From NCBI GenBank assembly GCA_028534125.1, contig CM052816.1, positions 84,260,001 through 84,324,000 of the forward strand: a DNA stretch of 64,000 nt, written 5' to 3'. A model generated the notes under the pieces. It ran no database searches. It saw nothing but the letters and a program-made list of their open reading frames with translations, and was not told where the DNA came from. The DNA is from Lama glama (Eukaryota). Both the position numbers and the translations under genes were made by a program. Shown piece by piece: positions 27,233 through 41,574 of the stretch (its first letter is position 1; each line of letters starts with the position of its first letter).

Positions 27233-28065
27233 GTAGTTTTACTAGAACTGGTTCACCTTGGCTATCAAGAGCCTATTTCTAAGAATTTTGTGATTTAGGT
27301 GTTAAATGCAGGTTTTTTTTAACTTATTTATAAGCAAATAAGTAAAATATATGAAAACAAAACAAAGTACAATCCATTGCTTTCTAATTATTTTATTAAA
27401 TTTTACTATTCTCTGTGCTATTGAGATTATTTTTTATCTACTGTATCTCTCTGGCAGAGGAACTATAATGCTGCACTACTGTTAATTCCTTCTCACCTCT
27501 GTATTCAGCAATATCATGCAAGTACATCATTTAAGTAGTTGTATGGGTTCAATTGTGTCCCCCTCATAATTCATTTGTTGAGGTCCTAAGACCAAGTACA
27601 TCAGAATATGCCTGTATTTAGTGACAGGGTCAGCATTTAGTGACAGGTACAGCGGTAATCAAGTTACCATGAGGTCATTAAAGTGGGTCCTAATCCAATT
27701 TGATGATATCTTTATAAAAATGGGAAATGTGGACACAGAGACACATACAGAGAGAAGTCAATCTGGAGGGAAGATGGCTATCTACAAGCCAAGGAGAGGG
27801 CGTGGCACAAGTCCTTCCCTCACAGCCACCAGAACGAACCAACCCTGCTGACACCTTAAATATAGACTTCCATCCTCTAGAAGTATAAGATAATAATTTT
27901 CTTTTGTTTGTGGTGCTTCCTTATGCAGCTCTAAAAAACTAACACACTGGCTTGGCATTTGCCATGGCAGGAGTTTCTACATCATGAGAAGTGAAAAGAC
28001 TACATACAAATCACATTTTTCGCTCCTGAAGAGTTGGTTGGTAAACACTTAGCAGCGCACACACA
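27233..28065 (+). mobile_element. MER63-like hAT-Blackjack DNA transposon interrupted by an MLT1 LTR
   Basis: tttctaattattttattaaattttactattctctgtgctattgagattatt before the LTR; gccatggcaggagtttctacatc...ggttggtaaacacttagcagcgcac after it. Confidence 0.7.
27538..27946 (+). mobile_element. MLT1A/B solo LTR
   Basis: tatgggttcaattgtgtcccc...gtgggtcctaatccaat...aagccaaggagagg...accctgctgacacctt...aaactaacaca. Confidence 0.88.
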
Positions 28066-28689
28066 GTGTGTGTGTGTGGTTTGCAAGAATTATGAAATAT
28101 TTTACTGTCATGCATGACCACTCTCCCCTCCCTGAAGGCTTGTAAATTGAAGCAGCTTTTAGTTCGCTATTAATTTGGTCTCTGGTTTAATAAACCACCA
28201 TGATGAACTTTGAATAAAATGTGGAAAATGATACATTCACAAAGAGGAAATCAGAGAGGCAAATGGAAAAATGCAGTTTGAAGCTGGCTAGATTCCTCAG
28301 AGTTGATAGATGTAAGTTGGGCAGTGAACTGATAAAGTATGAGTGAGTCAAAGAAAAACCATACAAGGAACATGTCAATCAGGGAAACAGGGTCATCTCT
28401 GACAATCATAATGTTTAGCAGAGGGAGATGTGAGTTATCCTTTACCTACTGGACAGAGAAGAGGTTCTCAGCACCATTAGTCATTTAGGTGCTGGTGCAG
28501 GGGTGATTCTTGGTGTCTATAGATTCAGGCTTACTTGGACCACTCTCTCTAAAAGCAGGACGGCGCACAAAGGCATGTACTTATGAAACACTGAATGAAG
28601 AATCTCATCCATGCACCCCTTGTGACCTCCCTAGGATGGTACAGCCCTTTGTTTCAGTATAAAACTCAATTATAGGGTGAGGATACAAG

Positions 28690-28880
28690 AAGTTATTTTG
28701 CCACTTCTGAGCACTGCAACTTGGAGAAGTGTAAATAATTTAATGTCCTGGATCCTCACATATGAAATGGTTAGAATAATATTTCAACACCATACATTTC
28801 CTGTTTAAACAGTTAATACATGAAAAGAGCCCTAGATTAAGGCCTGGCAAGTAAGTGCTTAAAAATATTAACCATTAATT
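28690..28880 (+). mobile_element. MIR SINE
   Basis: gccacttctgagc...cctcacatatgaaatgg...ggcctggcaagtaagtgcttaaaaatatta. Confidence 0.65.
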
Positions 28881-28969
28881 CCTCTCTCTAGGACGGAGGT
28901 GAATCTTCATTCATCATCATGATAGGCTGTGATATACGGAGATTTAATTTGGGAAATCCGTATCATCTT

Positions 28970-29230
28970 GGTAGCGATGGCATTGTTAAGATTTTAGAGC
29001 CAGGCAGACTTGAGTTTACATCTGGGTTTTCTGTCACATGGAATACAACTTTGAGCATATTTCTAGACTTCTCTAAATCAGTTTATTCATCTTTAAGATG
29101 TATAATTAGAGTACTTTTTAAAGAGCATTACATGACAAGATAATACATGATACCTATTATATGCTAAGATCACTATCTGATAGGTGACAAATATTTGATA
29201 AGTTGCATCTATAACTTGTATTACTGTTAC
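28970..29230 (+). mobile_element. MIR SINE
   Basis: tttagagccaggcagacttgagttt...ttctctaaatcagtttattcatctttaagatg. Confidence 0.7.
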
Positions 29231-29504
29231 TTTTAGCGTTAATGTATCAAGATTATCTCATAGTTTTGAGAGAGGGATATAATGCCTATATTCATTATAA
29301 AATCCACAGTAAATACAGGGGTTAAGTACATACAAAAGAGCCTCATGGATTTTTAGGTCTATTCTTAATACTAGAAATTCCCCACAATATTCAGACATAC
29401 TAAAATCAATAATTTAAGTAGACAGCACTTATTTCTTGACTGCTGGTGCCTAGTAACTTTGACATCCTCGATCACCCTTACTCATTGCCATTAACATGTT
29501 CTAT

Positions 29505-30460
29505 TTGGAAGACGTGTTTATTGAGTATCTACTAAATGCTAGGCATGAGGTAAATTTTGGTAAACAAAAAGAAAGGCCCTATGTTCAGAAAAAAAAGAAA
29601 TAAACAAATTAATATATATCCCATCAATGATGCTAACTGTGGTAAAGAAAACTGAAGTATGATCATGGGACAGAACATTTTGAAGGGTTATTTAATAATA
29701 ATCAATGAAGTCATCTTATATAAGGAGACATTCGCAAAGACCTAGATAAAATGAAGCAACAGATGATGCAGATCATGGGAGAGTGCATTCCAGGAAGAGA
29801 AACAGAGCCAAGGGGCAGGACAGTGAGGATGTTTGGAAAGTTCAAGGACCACCAAAGAAACCAGGTTGGTGTCTGAACAAACAAGATACTGGAAGGTGAT
29901 GAAGTCAGAGATGTTATTAGGTATGTGAGGGGGCTATATCCTGTAGGGCATTATGGAGCATAATGAAGATTTGAAATTTTATTTTGAGTGAGCTATAAAC
30001 TCCTGGAGAGTTTTGAGTATAAAAGTCACATAATATTACGTCAGGTTTAAAAGCATCACTGGCTGACGGATAGAGACTATAACTGAAATAGGCAAAAGCA
30101 GAAGCAGGGAGATAATTTGGAAGTGGCTGCTATTTTCTGAGTGATGAATAATGGTAGCTTGAAATAAAATAACAGAAGTAAAGATTTGACAAGAATTTAG
30201 TTGGTTTGTATCCATTTCTAATACTCAGCTAAGAGAAATTGCTTATGGATTGATCATGGGGGATGTGAAAAAGAGATTTAAGTAAGAGATTTAAATTAAA
30301 ACTTTTCAAAATTTTGGTCTGAGCAACTGGAGTAACTGAGTTATCATTTAGAGAGAGGTATAAACTTGGGGAAAGATAATTTTTTTCATGGAGAAATAAT
30401 GAATTTAATTTTGCACAAACTTAGCTTGAAATGCCTATGAGATATCCAACTGGCAGACAC
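29505..30460 (-). mobile_element. L2 3' portion (L2a-like)
   Basis: tttattgagtatctactaaatgctaggc...gagtgcattccaggaagagaaacag...ttggtctgagcaactggag...tgaaatgcctatgagatatccaa. Confidence 0.85.
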
Positions 30461-32329
30461 CACTTTAAGTGAATCCATTAAAAAGAGGAAACCTTTACTT
30501 TTATGAAAATTACATTTTCTTTTCTTGAAAAATAAATCTCAATAGTTGTTTAATTTCATTTATAAAATTTCATATTTTATTTAGAATTATATTATTATTT
30601 TATATGTTTCCTAAAGAAGTTATATACAAATAATTGATTTCCTTAAGGATAAATCACATGAAAACATTCATTTCACATTTGTATTTTGCATCAAACTTAA
30701 AAAGGGTCATTTCTTCACAAGTGTTTTCAGAATTTCAGTGACCTCTCTTGGTATTTAACTCATTCTCCAGTGAAAATATAGACTCATACGCATTCCCATG
30801 TTTTTCCTTCTTTTATAGTAACTAGTCACATGCTGCTAGCTCCTCACACATCAGTCGTGCTATGTGAGATCTGAGAAGTTTATGATGACTTCTAAGATAT
30901 CCTACATCTTCTGTAAATGTCAATCTAATTCCATAAGTTAATTACATTGTTGTTACATCATATTTGTTGTTGTTGATAATTAGAGAGAAAGTGAGGACGG
31001 TAAGTTGGGACAGTGGGCTAGGATAAAAACCAGTGATACATATAAGCTGATTTTATAAGGACTCAGTTCATTAGTAAACAATTTTATTTAATGATGACCT
31101 AGTTGTCACTCTAATGAGAGTCCAGGCTATGTCCAAGCAAGACAGGATAGATGTCCTTTGAGGTTGGAGGCTGCCTTTAAACAATCAAATAAATTCTATG
31201 GCTTATTAATGTTCCAGTTGTTAGAAGCCTTACAGCCAGTGATGCTGAATAACTGATATATGATTTTTAAGGACATGAAGTATTAGGGAAAACTCCTTTA
31301 ATGTGTTTAATTTTTCCTCCCATTTCTCAAAGCTATTCTAAACTCAAATTCCAAAGGATTTTTATGCCCTCTTGTAACATATATCTAGAAGATTGAAAAG
31401 CAGTGTTGCTCCTCAGTGGTCCTTATTCATATAGCAGGTTTACCTAAATCAGACTTCAAGGTCTTAAGTAAGCAGAAGGAAACCATATACCTGCTTTGGG
31501 AATATTCTTGAAAATATGCTATTAACAGTCTGTTAAATTATCCATTTTAATGATAACATGATGGTTTGAGATACCACAATCAGAAGGGAAAAATGAATAG
31601 GTTTTTGAGAATCTAAAATGTTTTGCCATGACCAAGATCAGGCAAATATCATCAATTGCAAAGAACTGACAATGCCAAATGACTTGCAAGAAATATAAGT
31701 TCAGAAGGTTTAGGTTGTGTTATTTCAGGCTAGTACACAATTTGTTTAGCACTATATTAAGGGCTTGACTGGTTAGGAAATAAAAAAAGGCATATGTCTA
31801 GGGGAAGCACAAATGTATCTGCTCTTTAAAAACAAAGTGATTAGAGAAAGGGATGGTGTATGTGATATTATAGGTACCCTAACTCTTCAGAACACTCCTA
31901 ATGAAAAGTTCTATCGTTACTAAGTTTTTTTAAAGAGAAAAAAAAAAAACAACATCATGGGTTCCTCTGAAAATAACCTGCTGTAAATAAGCAGTACAGA
32001 GAATGGGAAAAAATGATGAAACAAATGTGTTAGTAAATACATGTTTCTCTCTGTAGACAGATAATTGATAGATACAGATATAGATAGCTATATAGGAAAC
32101 CGACAAAAACTCTACTATGTTCTGGGGATTAAAAGATAAAACACAGTTTCTCTCTTAAACATCTTACGAGTAAGTGAAGGAAGAAAGGCATGTAAATCTG
32201 AAATTATAATAAAATGTGCTATACTCATTATTAACTGCTGCACAATGCATTATGAAAATACAGAGTAAGGTAGATTGCAAGCCAGATTTTAGTTGTTTGT
32301 ACATTTTTAAAATTCATGAGCCTCTGGAA

Positions 32330-35300
32330 ATAAAATATATGAACACAAGGGGAAATAACCAAAATGTATCTGAAGAGACTGTACACACTGAGAGAGACTC
32401 AGATAAAGATATATTTTGAGGAAACTAAAACTGCAGAAGCAGAAAAAAAGATTCTGCTTGGGTTAGTGATGCAAAAACAATTTCCAGAATTCGCCAGCTT
32501 TCCAAGGAAACTGGGAGACACACGACAATAATTAAAACACAACATACTGGGTGAAGAGATCAGGGAATAAAGATTAAATCTATGAATAGATGGTGGAGAT
32601 ATAAGAAAAAACCCTATATTCAGAAACAAAAGCCATAGTATAAAAACAGTGAAAATAAATTAACATATCATGTATATCAAGAAAGTAAAAAATAAAGTAA
32701 AATAACTATACAAAACTTAGAAATAATAATATGTAGAATTTACAAATGGAATTAACAAAAATCGGAATTAGCATCAGTTGATTAAAAAAGTAGACATTTA
32801 TCTAAAATTGATCCCTAGAAATCCATAAAATTAAAAAAAATACATTTAAAAAGTATAATATCATCCAATCAACAAATGGGCAAAGGACTTGGACAGACAC
32901 TTTACAAATTAATATTTCCAAATCGTTAAGAAATGTATAAAATGCAAGCAAAGTTATCAGAGAAAATAATAAACGGCCTAGAGATAGCTCTGTATTGTCA
33001 ACGATATGGCCAATTTGCTTTAGACAAAGGGACAAAGACAATTCATTGGATAATGGATAGACTTTCAACAACAAATTAAGTAGGAATAACTGGATGTCTG
33101 TATGCAATGACAACAACAAAAGATTCCTGCCATACACAGCACAACTTACATAAAAACTAACTCCAATAAAGCAATCAATATAAAGATGAAACAAAAAACT
33201 GTAAGACTGAGAGAAAAAAATAGGAGAAAACTTGTATGACTGTGTCTCACAATGAATTTTTAGATACAACACGTTAAACATATAAAAAAGAAAAAATAAT
33301 AATAAACTGGACTTTATCAAAATGAAAAAAAAATGTTCTGTGAAAGACATGTTAAAAGTGGAAATACAAACCATGGCTTGGAATTAATGTTTGTAAAACG
33401 TTTATCTAACAGGAGGCTTACATCTAGGATATATATAAATAACTTTTAAAATTTAATGGTAACAATAACCGAATTTTTTAAATAACAGGGAAAAGACTGA
33501 ATAAGATGATTAATCAAATGATATATGTATACATATATGATAGCAAATAACCATACAGAAAGATGGCTCTATTAAGAAAATATAATTTTTCAATAATGAG
33601 ATAACCGAGATACCAGTAAATACCTATTATAATGGCTAAAAAGAGAAAGAAAAACTGGCAATACTAACAACTGCAACTCCCATATATTGTTGCTGGAAAC
33701 TGAATCTGGTAGAGCCACTCTGGAAAACAACGTGGCAGTTATCAATAAAGTTAAATATATGGGTATGGCTGAGCAATCATATTTCTAAGTATTTATCTAA
33801 GTTAATTAAAACCATATATATATAATTATTTATAACAACTTTATTCACCATTGATAACACTGAAAAAGCTCTAGATATGTCAACAGGTGAACAGATAGAC
33901 TGTAGTACATCCATAAAATGGAATGCAAATCAATAATAAAAAAAAATTACAAACTATTGATTCACACCTCAGCACCAGTAAGTCTCAAGAAGCCAGACTC
34001 AAAAAGCTACATTAGAATATAACTCCATTTATATGATATTCTGGAAAAGGTAAAGTTAAAGGTACAGGAAAACGATCAGTGTTTTCAGGGTGGGAGCAGA
34101 TGAAGGTGAACTCAGTGGGACCGTCCAACTTCATTTTGGGGATGATGGAAATATTCTGAATGGTCAGTACACTTTTTAAAATGTATGACTCTCTGGAAAC
34201 AAATTTCTACAGGGCACACATGGCTTTGTGCAAAATAAAATGATCAGAAATATACAAATTAAAACCACTATGATAGTCTACCACGTTAACAATGGAATGA
34301 CTAAAATTAAAGTAACATGCAAACAAATAAGTAAATGATAATGTTGAGTATTTGAAGATGTGGAGCATCTGGGATTTTATATACTGTGGGAGGGTAAATT
34401 AGTACAACCACTTGGGAAAACTTTTGACGATATCCCCTAAATTAAATGTACACATACATTATGACTTAGAAATTCTACTTATATATAAGTAATTATATAT
34501 ATACACACACACACGGATGTTTTTGCCCATGTACTCATGCCTGGCTATCTATACATCTATCCACCTCTAAAATACATGTGCACTCTTTGAAATTTCCTTA
34601 TTCATAACTGTCCAAACTGGGAATACCCAAAAGGTCAGCAGAGACTATAAGAGAGACATATTTTTTGATATATTCTTATAACAGAATATGAAACAGCAGT
34701 GATTGGACAAAGTAGCCCTGTACATCACTACCATAATTACAGTGCTCTATAATGGAAACCAGACACAAAACGTCCATACTGTTTTATCGCATTTATGCAA
34801 AATTCAAAAAGAGAAAAAAGTAATCTGGATGTACACTAGTTTCCTATTGTTACTGTAGAATATTACCACAGACTCAGTGGCTTAAAATAACATTAGTTTA
34901 TTCTCATACTGTTCTGGAGGTCAGGAGTCTGAAATGGGTCTCACTGAGCTAAAACTGATGAATTGGCAGGGCTGCATCCCTCTGGAGGCTCTACGGGAGA
35001 AACTATTTCCTAGCCTTTCCTATCTTGCAGAGGATGCTGCATTTCTTGGCTTGTGCCTCCTTCATCTTTAAAAGACAAGGATTGCTTCACTCCCCCTCTT
35101 GCTTCTACTGTTACATCTCCTGTAACTCTGATTCCTCTGCTTTCCTCTTCCACTTTTAAGGGTCCCTGTGATTACACTGGGCCAACCTGGAAAATCAGGA
35201 TTATCTCCTTATTTTAAGGTCAGCTTATTAGCAACATGAATTCATTCTGCAACCTTAATTCCTCCTTGTTATGTAACGTAACATGTTCATAGGTACCAGC

Positions 35301-35530
35301 GATTAGGACATGACCATCTTTGGGGGACCATTATTCTTACACCATTAGGTAATAGAAGTTAGAATATTGGTTACATTTTCAGGAGGGTAATGGCATGTGG
35401 GTGGCATGAAGGAGTTTGTGGATGCTGGTAACATACTATATCTTGAATGGGGTTATCTTTTCAGGGTTGTGTTCCCTTTGGGTGGTAATAATGGAGACGG
35501 CTTCAAGGACTGCATTCATAATTTTTATAA
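32330..35530 (+). mobile_element. Nested old L1M fragments (inner L1 at ~32965-34200), further split by an MLT1D-like LTR
   Basis: caacaaatgggcaaaggacttggacagacac resumes near 34240 (aaattaaaaccactatga); inner piece runs from the ORF2 end to the 3' UTR (gccactctggaaaacaac, tccatttatatgatattctggaaaagg). Confidence 0.7.
34830..35344 (-). mobile_element. MLT1D-like solo LTR
   Basis: ctagtttcctattg...cagtggcttaaaataaca...gttctggaggtcaggagtctgaaatgggtctcactg...catctttgggggaccattattct. Confidence 0.9.
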
Positions 35531-36316
35531 ATAAATTAAATAGCAATAAAAACACAAGAAAGAGGATACATAGAATGATATTAAATATAAAACAACATAA
35601 AACATTGTATGAAAATAAAAGGATAATTTTAAGAAAAATTAGACTATCTTTTTTTCAGAAAAGGACTATATATATGCCTAAACAGCTTTATTAGCAAACA
35701 ATTGTATTGGAAGGAAGTTTCAAGTCTAAGGCAAATGTTTTTGATAATACTTTAACTTTCCAAGAACATTTAATGAGATAATGTATTTGAACCATATTGT
35801 GTATTTGTGTTTATCATAAACATAATACCAAAAGCTGACGAAAATATCACTTAAGATTCATGCAAGGACTAAATACAAAAGTAATACAATATTAAGTACT
35901 TTGGAGATAATAAGGTGACAACCTCAAAATAAAATTGATTAAATCCGACATGAACCATTGAGTACCATACAGACATTCAAAATATATTATTGTAAATAGT
36001 AGAGCTGTATGCTCTCTCATAATGTACATAATCATAAAAGGAGAATGTGGCTCAGAGTAGGGTGGAAATATATAGATTTTTATGTTTAGATTTCATTTCT
36101 TTATATGTTTTCTTTGATTTCATAAAATGTGGATTTTAATTTAAAAATAAATTAACTTTAAAAACTAGTTATAGACATGCACATATAAATATATGAACAT
36201 GTGTATACACAAATCATATGCATGTATATGTATATGTATATTTTTAAATGTATATATGTATGTATGTATATTTTTATTCATCTTCTTTATTTTTCTTTGT
36301 AGTACTTATTGGGTGT

Positions 36317-36344
36317 TTATTTATTTATTTATTTATTTATTTAT
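36317..36344. repeat. (TTTA)n microsatellite
   Basis: Read directly from the sequence. Confidence 0.9.
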
Positions 36345-38384
36345 TATAAACAAAATTGCTCTGTGGTGGCAGTGTTTTTGTGCTATTTAGTGCTGGAGAA
36401 CATCACCCACTTTCAAAACAATGACTTTCTTGTCTATGGTATCTTTATATGGGAGAATCTGTATTTTATTTATTTAAACTAAATATTTCTTCTATGTATT
36501 TCAAGTTTCAATGTAATTTTAGTTTCCTCATGGTTTAAGTATAAACATATTCTATGACACTATGTCTTTCACTAGATAAAATGTGGTATTTATTCATAAT
36601 TATCATCATTTCTGGCTCTAAACAATTTTAAATATTTATTATTGCTTCTTCCATTTTTCTTTCATAGAATTCTTCTACTTTTTTGCCAGATGGAATATAC
36701 ACTAGAATTTTATACAGATGTAGAAAGTACGTTGTACAATTTAAATTTGAATAAATGCATTTATTTCAGTGTGTCTATAGAAAACACTACGTTTTTGTTT
36801 CTATTCCAATATCCAAAGTAGGTATTAGGCCGATAATTATTTTAAAATAACTAAACTACTCGAAATTATCAAATGCCTTTAATCAGCAACTTTGTACACA
36901 CCATAAACATTTCTGCTTTTCTTGATGTGATCTTAACTCAAACCAAACAGCTAATTCACAATAGTTGAAATCTAAGTACAGTAACTAATATATCCGTCTG
37001 AAGTTATCAAGACATTTTTTGGTAACTTTTCCTGAAATTTTCCTCGAAACAGTAATTCACCCATAATGTCTCCAACTGCTGTATTATCAGGAGTTTCTCT
37101 TTCACCTCTCCTAAATCATAAAGTGATGTGCACAAGTCTTATTAACTCCACTGACTAGAAATCTTTAGGAGGTGATTGATGTGAGTATTCTGAAATGAAG
37201 CAGCGACCAGCATTCAGAACTACAAAGGTGATCGCTGGAGATGATGGACTGCTAAATTCTGCAGGAGAGAGAACTTTTCTATTAAGGCATGATAAATGAC
37301 AGCAACTTCTGTGTTAATTTACTTTTCATTTTACTTTAACTTCTTCATTTTTTGAACTCAAGTTTTCTAATCCATCTTCAACTCAGAAGTGGCTTATCAA
37401 GAAAGAGCTTTAAAAAATAACTGTAAAAATGTAGGCAGACACCCAGAACTACTTGTTTAAATAGAACGACAAATAAAGCATACTTGGATAATTTCATCAA
37501 ATTTAACTCAGTAATTCCACTATGAACTTCATTAATGGGCTTACAAAGTTTACCAGATATTTTCCTGCAGCTATTGAGTCAATCACGTAGCATAAACTAG
37601 TCCTAAAAAGTCTAAAATTCACAGTTCGTCGTGAGTTTTTGTCAGTGTAATACTATCACTACATACAACCAAAACAGAACAAGCTTTAGGATTTCAAGTA
37701 GCATTTAATCAAAATTTTACGTGCTTATCATAAATTATTTAGTCATGTGAGATGAACATACAGCTTCTTTTTTTGTGTTTTTGTCATTGGGCAAGAAATC
37801 ATTCCTTTACTAAATATATGCTTTAGAAATAAAATATAGCATATTCACAAATACGTTTTTCCACCTTTGATATATTTATATAAGCATAAAAGTGAAGGAG
37901 TGAATCCTACTAACCTAACTATATAGATCTGCCGACATTTTTAGAACCTGTCCCGTTGATAATAATGAGAGGGGCATATTTTATTAGATGTAGAGTTCTG
38001 TGCTTTCTAAAAAATATCGTTTATTTCACCAATATGTATGTAAATGGATTGTAAAATATTCAGTGAGTGCTGCATTTCTGTCCCTTTCCTTTCCAGTTAC
38101 TGATCAGGAAGTTAGAACGAATTATTATTGCCGGCTTACTCAAAAACTTGAATAATTTAAATATTGTTTGCTTTCTTTCCCATGCCATAATTTAGCACTG
38201 AACTCTCTTAACTACATGCAGTGTTAGCAAACTAGAAGTAAGGAAATTCAAAACTGACTTCGCTGGTGTGTAGAACACTAGAACACTCCTTGCAAAATAA
38301 TCCACCTGTGTTAGACTTTTAAGGTTCTTTTAATCCTTTTGGATGGCTGCAGATCTGAATGGCTTCAAATTAAAGGAGAACAAT

Positions 38385-38620
38385 AATAGCAACAAAGATA
38401 ATAATGAATAACATTTATTGAGCTGATAATATGCAGCAGGCAAAATACTGTCACTTTTACCGGGGATGTATCATTTAATCTTCACAAAATTCTATACCTT
38501 CATTATTAATTATATTATCTAAACACATATGAGGGGATTGATTTGTGGAGAGATTAACTGACTCTTCTAAGGTAAAGTGGCTTGTCAATGGAGGGATTTG
38601 AAACATTTTACATGTAGTCT
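38385..38620 (-). mobile_element. MIR SINE
   Basis: aacatttattgagc...tcatttaatcttcacaa...gagagattaactgactcttctaaggt...gggatttgaa. Confidence 0.75.
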
Positions 38621-39559
38621 CTCTAACACAGTCATGTGTGACTACATATTTGAGTTGTCTCAACACAATACACTTTTAAAGGGATAGTAGTTCTAATGAT
38701 AGCTTTTGTTGAAGGAAGTTCAGTAAGTGTGTAATATGTTTTGACTGATGGAAATCACTAACCCCAGTGGCCCTAACACATAACTTAGATTTATGCTCTG
38801 CTTATTCACTGGCCTTCCTCTCCAATATATTAAAGTATGTTCCCACTTTTCCAGCTTTCACAGACTGTTACAATTAAAATAGGTTATATTACTCTTGTTG
38901 CCTGTTTTCTTCCAATGATCATTCAGTTAGGCTGGTAGCCACATGTAATTTGCACAAACGCTTTATTGGATTTAAAATTTTAAAAGTTGACAAATATAGG
39001 GATCAAATTGTGTATTTGCTCCAAATATATTTCATCAATTTAGTCATGACAACCTGTCAATAATATTTTTAGAGAAAAATGTAAGCAGAAACAAAAATAA
39101 ATACATAAATATATCAAATGACAGTTAATATCTATGTCATTGAAAAAAATAAACCATCATTTTGAATCTAAGATGAAGTGAACTACATGCTTTTTTAATG
39201 CAGTATGATTTTAAGAATAGCAGGAAATTTAGTAATGTTAACAAAAGGAAGTGCTATTCAATTCAGAATAAGATTCCTTTGTAATTCTTTCCTTAGAAAT
39301 ACTGTTTATAATTGTGTTCACTACAGATTTGTCTGTTTTTAAATTTGTTATTTCTTAGAACTAAAATTATCTTATCCTTTCTTGACAACAAAACAAATTT
39401 CTACCTCAGTTGAAAATTCAGTATCATGTATAAGCATAATAATAGCCACATTTATATTCGAGATAATAAAAAAAGGCATGCTCGTATACGATAACCATTG
39501 GTAGTGGTATTGATCTGAATCTTCTAGTAAAATAACACATGCATACACATATGGTCATG

Positions 39560-41095
39560 AATACCAGAAGTTACAAGAAAATACTATCACTATTACAGAT
39601 AGCACCATCCTCCTTCTGAAAATCCCTAAACATTGAGTGACATAGAAAAATAGAGTGTTCAGTCATATGATTGCATATAATAAATAATACAATAAAAACT
39701 GTATTTCTTATATGTTTTCAAGTGGTAAAAATAAAAATGGTGAAAAATCTAACCAACAGGAGCAAGGCACAAAAATAAACAAGTCAATTCAACAGAATAG
39801 TGCATACAAAACAAACAAGCAAACAAAATTCAAATATATGTGAACACTTATTTTAGAAAAAGTGAGGTTAATCTTTTTAGTACCCTTATGGAAAAACTGT
39901 AGAATTTGAATCTTATGTCATTCTTGAAAGTCAATCCCAAGGAAATTGCAGATCTGAATGTTGCTCATCAAACTATAAAGCTTCCAGGAGGAAACATAGA
40001 AGAATGTTTTCTAGGCTTTGAAATTTGGAATTTTTTTTAATATATAGTACAAAACACTCTCATCTTAAGGGAAATCATGTATAAGTGTAACTACAGTAAA
40101 ATTTAATAAACTTGTTCATCATATAACCCCTTTCTAAGAGGAAAGGAAAGCTACAGAATAGTAGCAGATATGTGCCACAGGTACAATAGAGATTCAGAGC
40201 CAGAATGATCTAACTTCTGCATGTTAACAAGAACAAAATTGGATATCCAGTTGGTCAATAAGAATACAATAGTTATTCAACCTCTATCATGATCAAGAAA
40301 ATGCAAAAAAAAAATCAAAATATGATGCCACTACATCTCTTCTGAATGGATAAAACTGAAAAAAAAAACTTAATTAAATGATAATGCTGATTGCTGAAAT
40401 GTTTGTGGAACAGTAAGAACTCTCATGACTGTCAGTGTAAGTAAATTATGACAAATATTTTGAAAAATCTTTAACATTATTTAATTGGAACATAAACGTT
40501 CCCTTAGATAGACATCTAGGTCTAGATACATGTTATATAAATAAAGATACAGGTATAACAAAAATGAGTACATATGTGCACCAATAGATATATACACAAA
40601 TATACCTAGCACCACTCTTCATAATAGCCCCACTTAGAAACAAACCTAATGATCTTCAACAGTAGAATGAATAAAGGAAGTTTAAATAATATATACTATA
40701 AAGGTGTTGCTCAAAATTGCTACCAATATGGAACATTTCCATCATTGTGTTAAGAAACAGAATTAATCTGTGCTACACACAACAGCATAGATGAATGTTA
40801 CAAACATAAAGCTGATTGAGACAGGTACAAAAGAATGAATATTGTATTGTTCTATTTACATAAATTATAGGCAACCTAATCTGTGATTTTAGAAATCATG
40901 ATGTTTATTTTTCTTTTGTGGAACAGGAAGAAGGCAATGAATGAAAAGGAGCATAAGAGGAAGCTTCTGAAATACAGTTAACATTTATTTCTTAACCTAC
41001 ATAGTAGCTACATTGGTGTATTCACTTTATGACAGTCCATAAACTTTTCACTTATGATTTGTTCACATTCAGTAAGAAATGTTATTTTAAAGAAT
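39560..41095 (+). mobile_element. Old L1ME-like ORF2 end and 3' UTR
   Basis: aaactataaagcttccaggaggaaacatagaagaa; cactcttcataatagcccc; caacagcatagatgaatgttacaaacataa. Confidence 0.75.
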
Positions 41096-41574
41096 TAGGA
41101 AAAAAAAAGAGAAAAGAAACTGGAGAAAATCAAAATGATTAGAAAATGAAAAAAAATTTGTTTAACTACTTTTTTTTAAAGTGCTGTCATTTTTCTCCTT
41201 GTCAGGAAATATATTTCTTATTTTCAACATATATAATTATGTAAATGTAAATTCATAGAAGTTTAACTCAAATATATGAAATATATTCTATTTTATATAG
41301 GACATAACCCATTTGTTAAATCAATTTGATAACATGATTTTTACAGACTAAATTAAATATGTATAAAGTCAAACTTTCATATACTATGTCACATTGAAGA
41401 AGGCCATATCTGTACTAGGAAATCATTTTAATAAATAATTTTACTGGAACTGTACTCTTTACATTACAAAGGGTTATTTATTCCAGCTGAAGAAAAATAC
41501 AGCTGATGCATTGGACTCTGTTACACACATGTTTTCAGTGTTTCACTGATGTGAATGTAAGATCTTTTTAGCAA

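Noticed and set aside
32802..33374. Longest ORF (190 aa, hydrophobic) as a membrane protein
   Set aside because: Antisense reading of an A-rich L1; the F/L/I richness is a compositional artefact
37155..37275. Minus-strand acceptor ttctctctcctgcag followed by FSSPSSPAITFVVLNAGRCF as a coding exon
   Set aside because: All frames stop before a strong donor and the peptide is not recognised
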